Of a DNA stretch of 64,000 bases, positions 63,042 to 64,000 are shown one piece after another. The notes beneath the pieces are model-generated. The model saw only the letters and a program-made list of their open reading frames with translations. It was not told the origin of the DNA and made no database searches. Each line of letters opens with the position of its first letter. Within the stretch, counting starts at the first letter, position 1. The stretch comes from an uncultured virus (IMG/VR IMGVR_UViG_3300024262_004725) (lineage: Duplodnaviria; Heunggongvirae; Uroviricota; Caudoviricetes): IMG/VR virus record IMGVR_UViG_3300024262_004725. One strand, written 5' to 3'. Made by a program: the position numbers and the translations under genes.

Positions 63042-63401
63042 ATGACACAAGTAACTCCAGAATTAATACAAAGAATATTAGATGATTTAGAAACAACTAA
63101 TCCATTAACTAAACATTATGCTGAATTTGTATTAAATACAATACAAACTTTTGATAAAAAGCAACATGATTATGGGCCAGGAAATATACGTGATACTATT
63201 GCAGAATTTGGTATAAGATCTATAATCATTAGAAATAGAGATAAAGAAGCAAGAATTAAAAATTTAGTAGGACAAGAAAAAGAAGCTGTTAATGAACCTT
63301 TAATTGACGCTCCAATTGACGCTGGAGTATATTTCTTTATTTTAGCTATGGTTATTGCAGGACACTGGCCTGGATTAGATCCAAAAGAAATAAAATGGTA
63401 A
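63042..63401 (+). CDS. DUF1599-like nucleotide-modification-associated protein
   Basis: KKQHDYG...RNRDKEARIKNL...EPLIDAPIDAGVY. Confidence 0.65.
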   Translation: MTQVTPELIQRILDDLETTNPLTKHYAEFVLNTIQTFDKKQHDYGPGNIRDTIAEFGIRSIIIRNRDKEARIKNLVGQEKEAVNEPLIDAPIDAGVYFFILAMVIAGHWPGLDPKEIKW

Positions 63402-63659
63402 AATTTTTATTAAATCCAATTAAATTAACTATGGCATATATAATAATCGCTATCTATACTATAGGCGCACTTCATACATATAATTATATGTTAGATCATA
63501 ATAAACTTAATTATATTGGCAGACTTGTTATAGCTATGTTAATTCCAATGGGTCAAATATATTTAATAACAAAAATATTTTTAATTGAAGTTAAACAATT
63601 TATTAATTCATTAAAATGGATTAAAAATAAAATTATCAACACAGGAGAACTAGTTTAAA

Positions 63660-64000
63660 ATGACAATTACAGCAACACTCATGTTTCCGCATTCCCTAGA
63701 AGCTGGACAACGAATGGAAGATATTGCAATCTTCGCAGCACGTCGATGTAGAACAATTAAAACTCATGATGAACTTTGGGATGAAGTTAATGGATATTCA
63801 TTAGAAAAGAAAGCCAAGTATCTAAATGCAGTTGTGCATGAAGATTGGGCATTGGACGTATTAGAAATGCTCCCAATTCATTTTGACATTGAAAGTGCAC
63901 CAGTTTGGTTAACAGTTGAATTACTTCGACATCGTTTAGTATGGCGAGATTTTTCAATGGAGCAAATGTCGCAACGTGCAATTAAAGCAGACCGTTTACA
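63660..64000 (+). CDS. thyX: Flavin-dependent thymidylate synthase, truncated by the window edge
   Basis: GGAG RBS; the open frame from ATG 63660 reads AARRC...ELLRHR...FSMEQMSQR, the ThyX RHR...S...SxR motif. Confidence 0.75.
   Translation, partial: MTITATLMFPHSLEAGQRMEDIAIFAARRCRTIKTHDELWDEVNGYSLEKKAKYLNAVVHEDWALDVLEMLPIHFDIESAPVWLTVELLRHRLVWRDFSMEQMSQRAIKADRL

Noticed and set aside
1525..64000. Alternative genetic code (stop-codon reassignment)
   Set aside because: Long genes are intact in the standard code, TAA is the dominant true stop, and neither tRNA has a suppressor anticodon.

Overview
An AT-rich (about 30% GC by eye), gene-dense stretch of a large dsDNA virus genome. Almost every gene is on the + strand, downstream of a divergent control region at about 0.5-1.5 kb. 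The expression signals and many enzymes are bacterial: sigma70-type promoters, Shine-Dalgarno sites, CCA-encoding tRNA-Gln and tRNA-Leu, LuxR regulators, a family A DNA polymerase fused to a UDG domain, a Sak4/SSB/Cas4-like recombination set, RNase H, class II ribonucleotide reductase and ThyX. I recognise no tailed-phage genes (terminase, portal, HK97 capsid, tail, endolysin). Instead there is a 68-aa two-helix hydrophobic protein (26550-26756) that closely resembles the major capsid protein of archaeal spindle-shaped viruses (SSV1 VP1 type, compared from memory). It is accompanied by membrane-anchored adhesin-like proteins, a Zot-like extrusion ATPase, a divergent protein-primed-type family B polymerase and a glycosylation cassette. 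Best hypothesis: a large spindle-shaped, extrusion-type virus with a bacterial host, a combination I do not know to have been described. Also present are a 7-copy Rex/CRP-like palindrome array, a recurring GGGGTCA promoter element, candidate pseudoknotted ncRNAs, degenerate QueF- and TGT-like proteins, and three ORFs broken by an in-frame TAA. All family calls come from reading motifs by eye; no searches were run.
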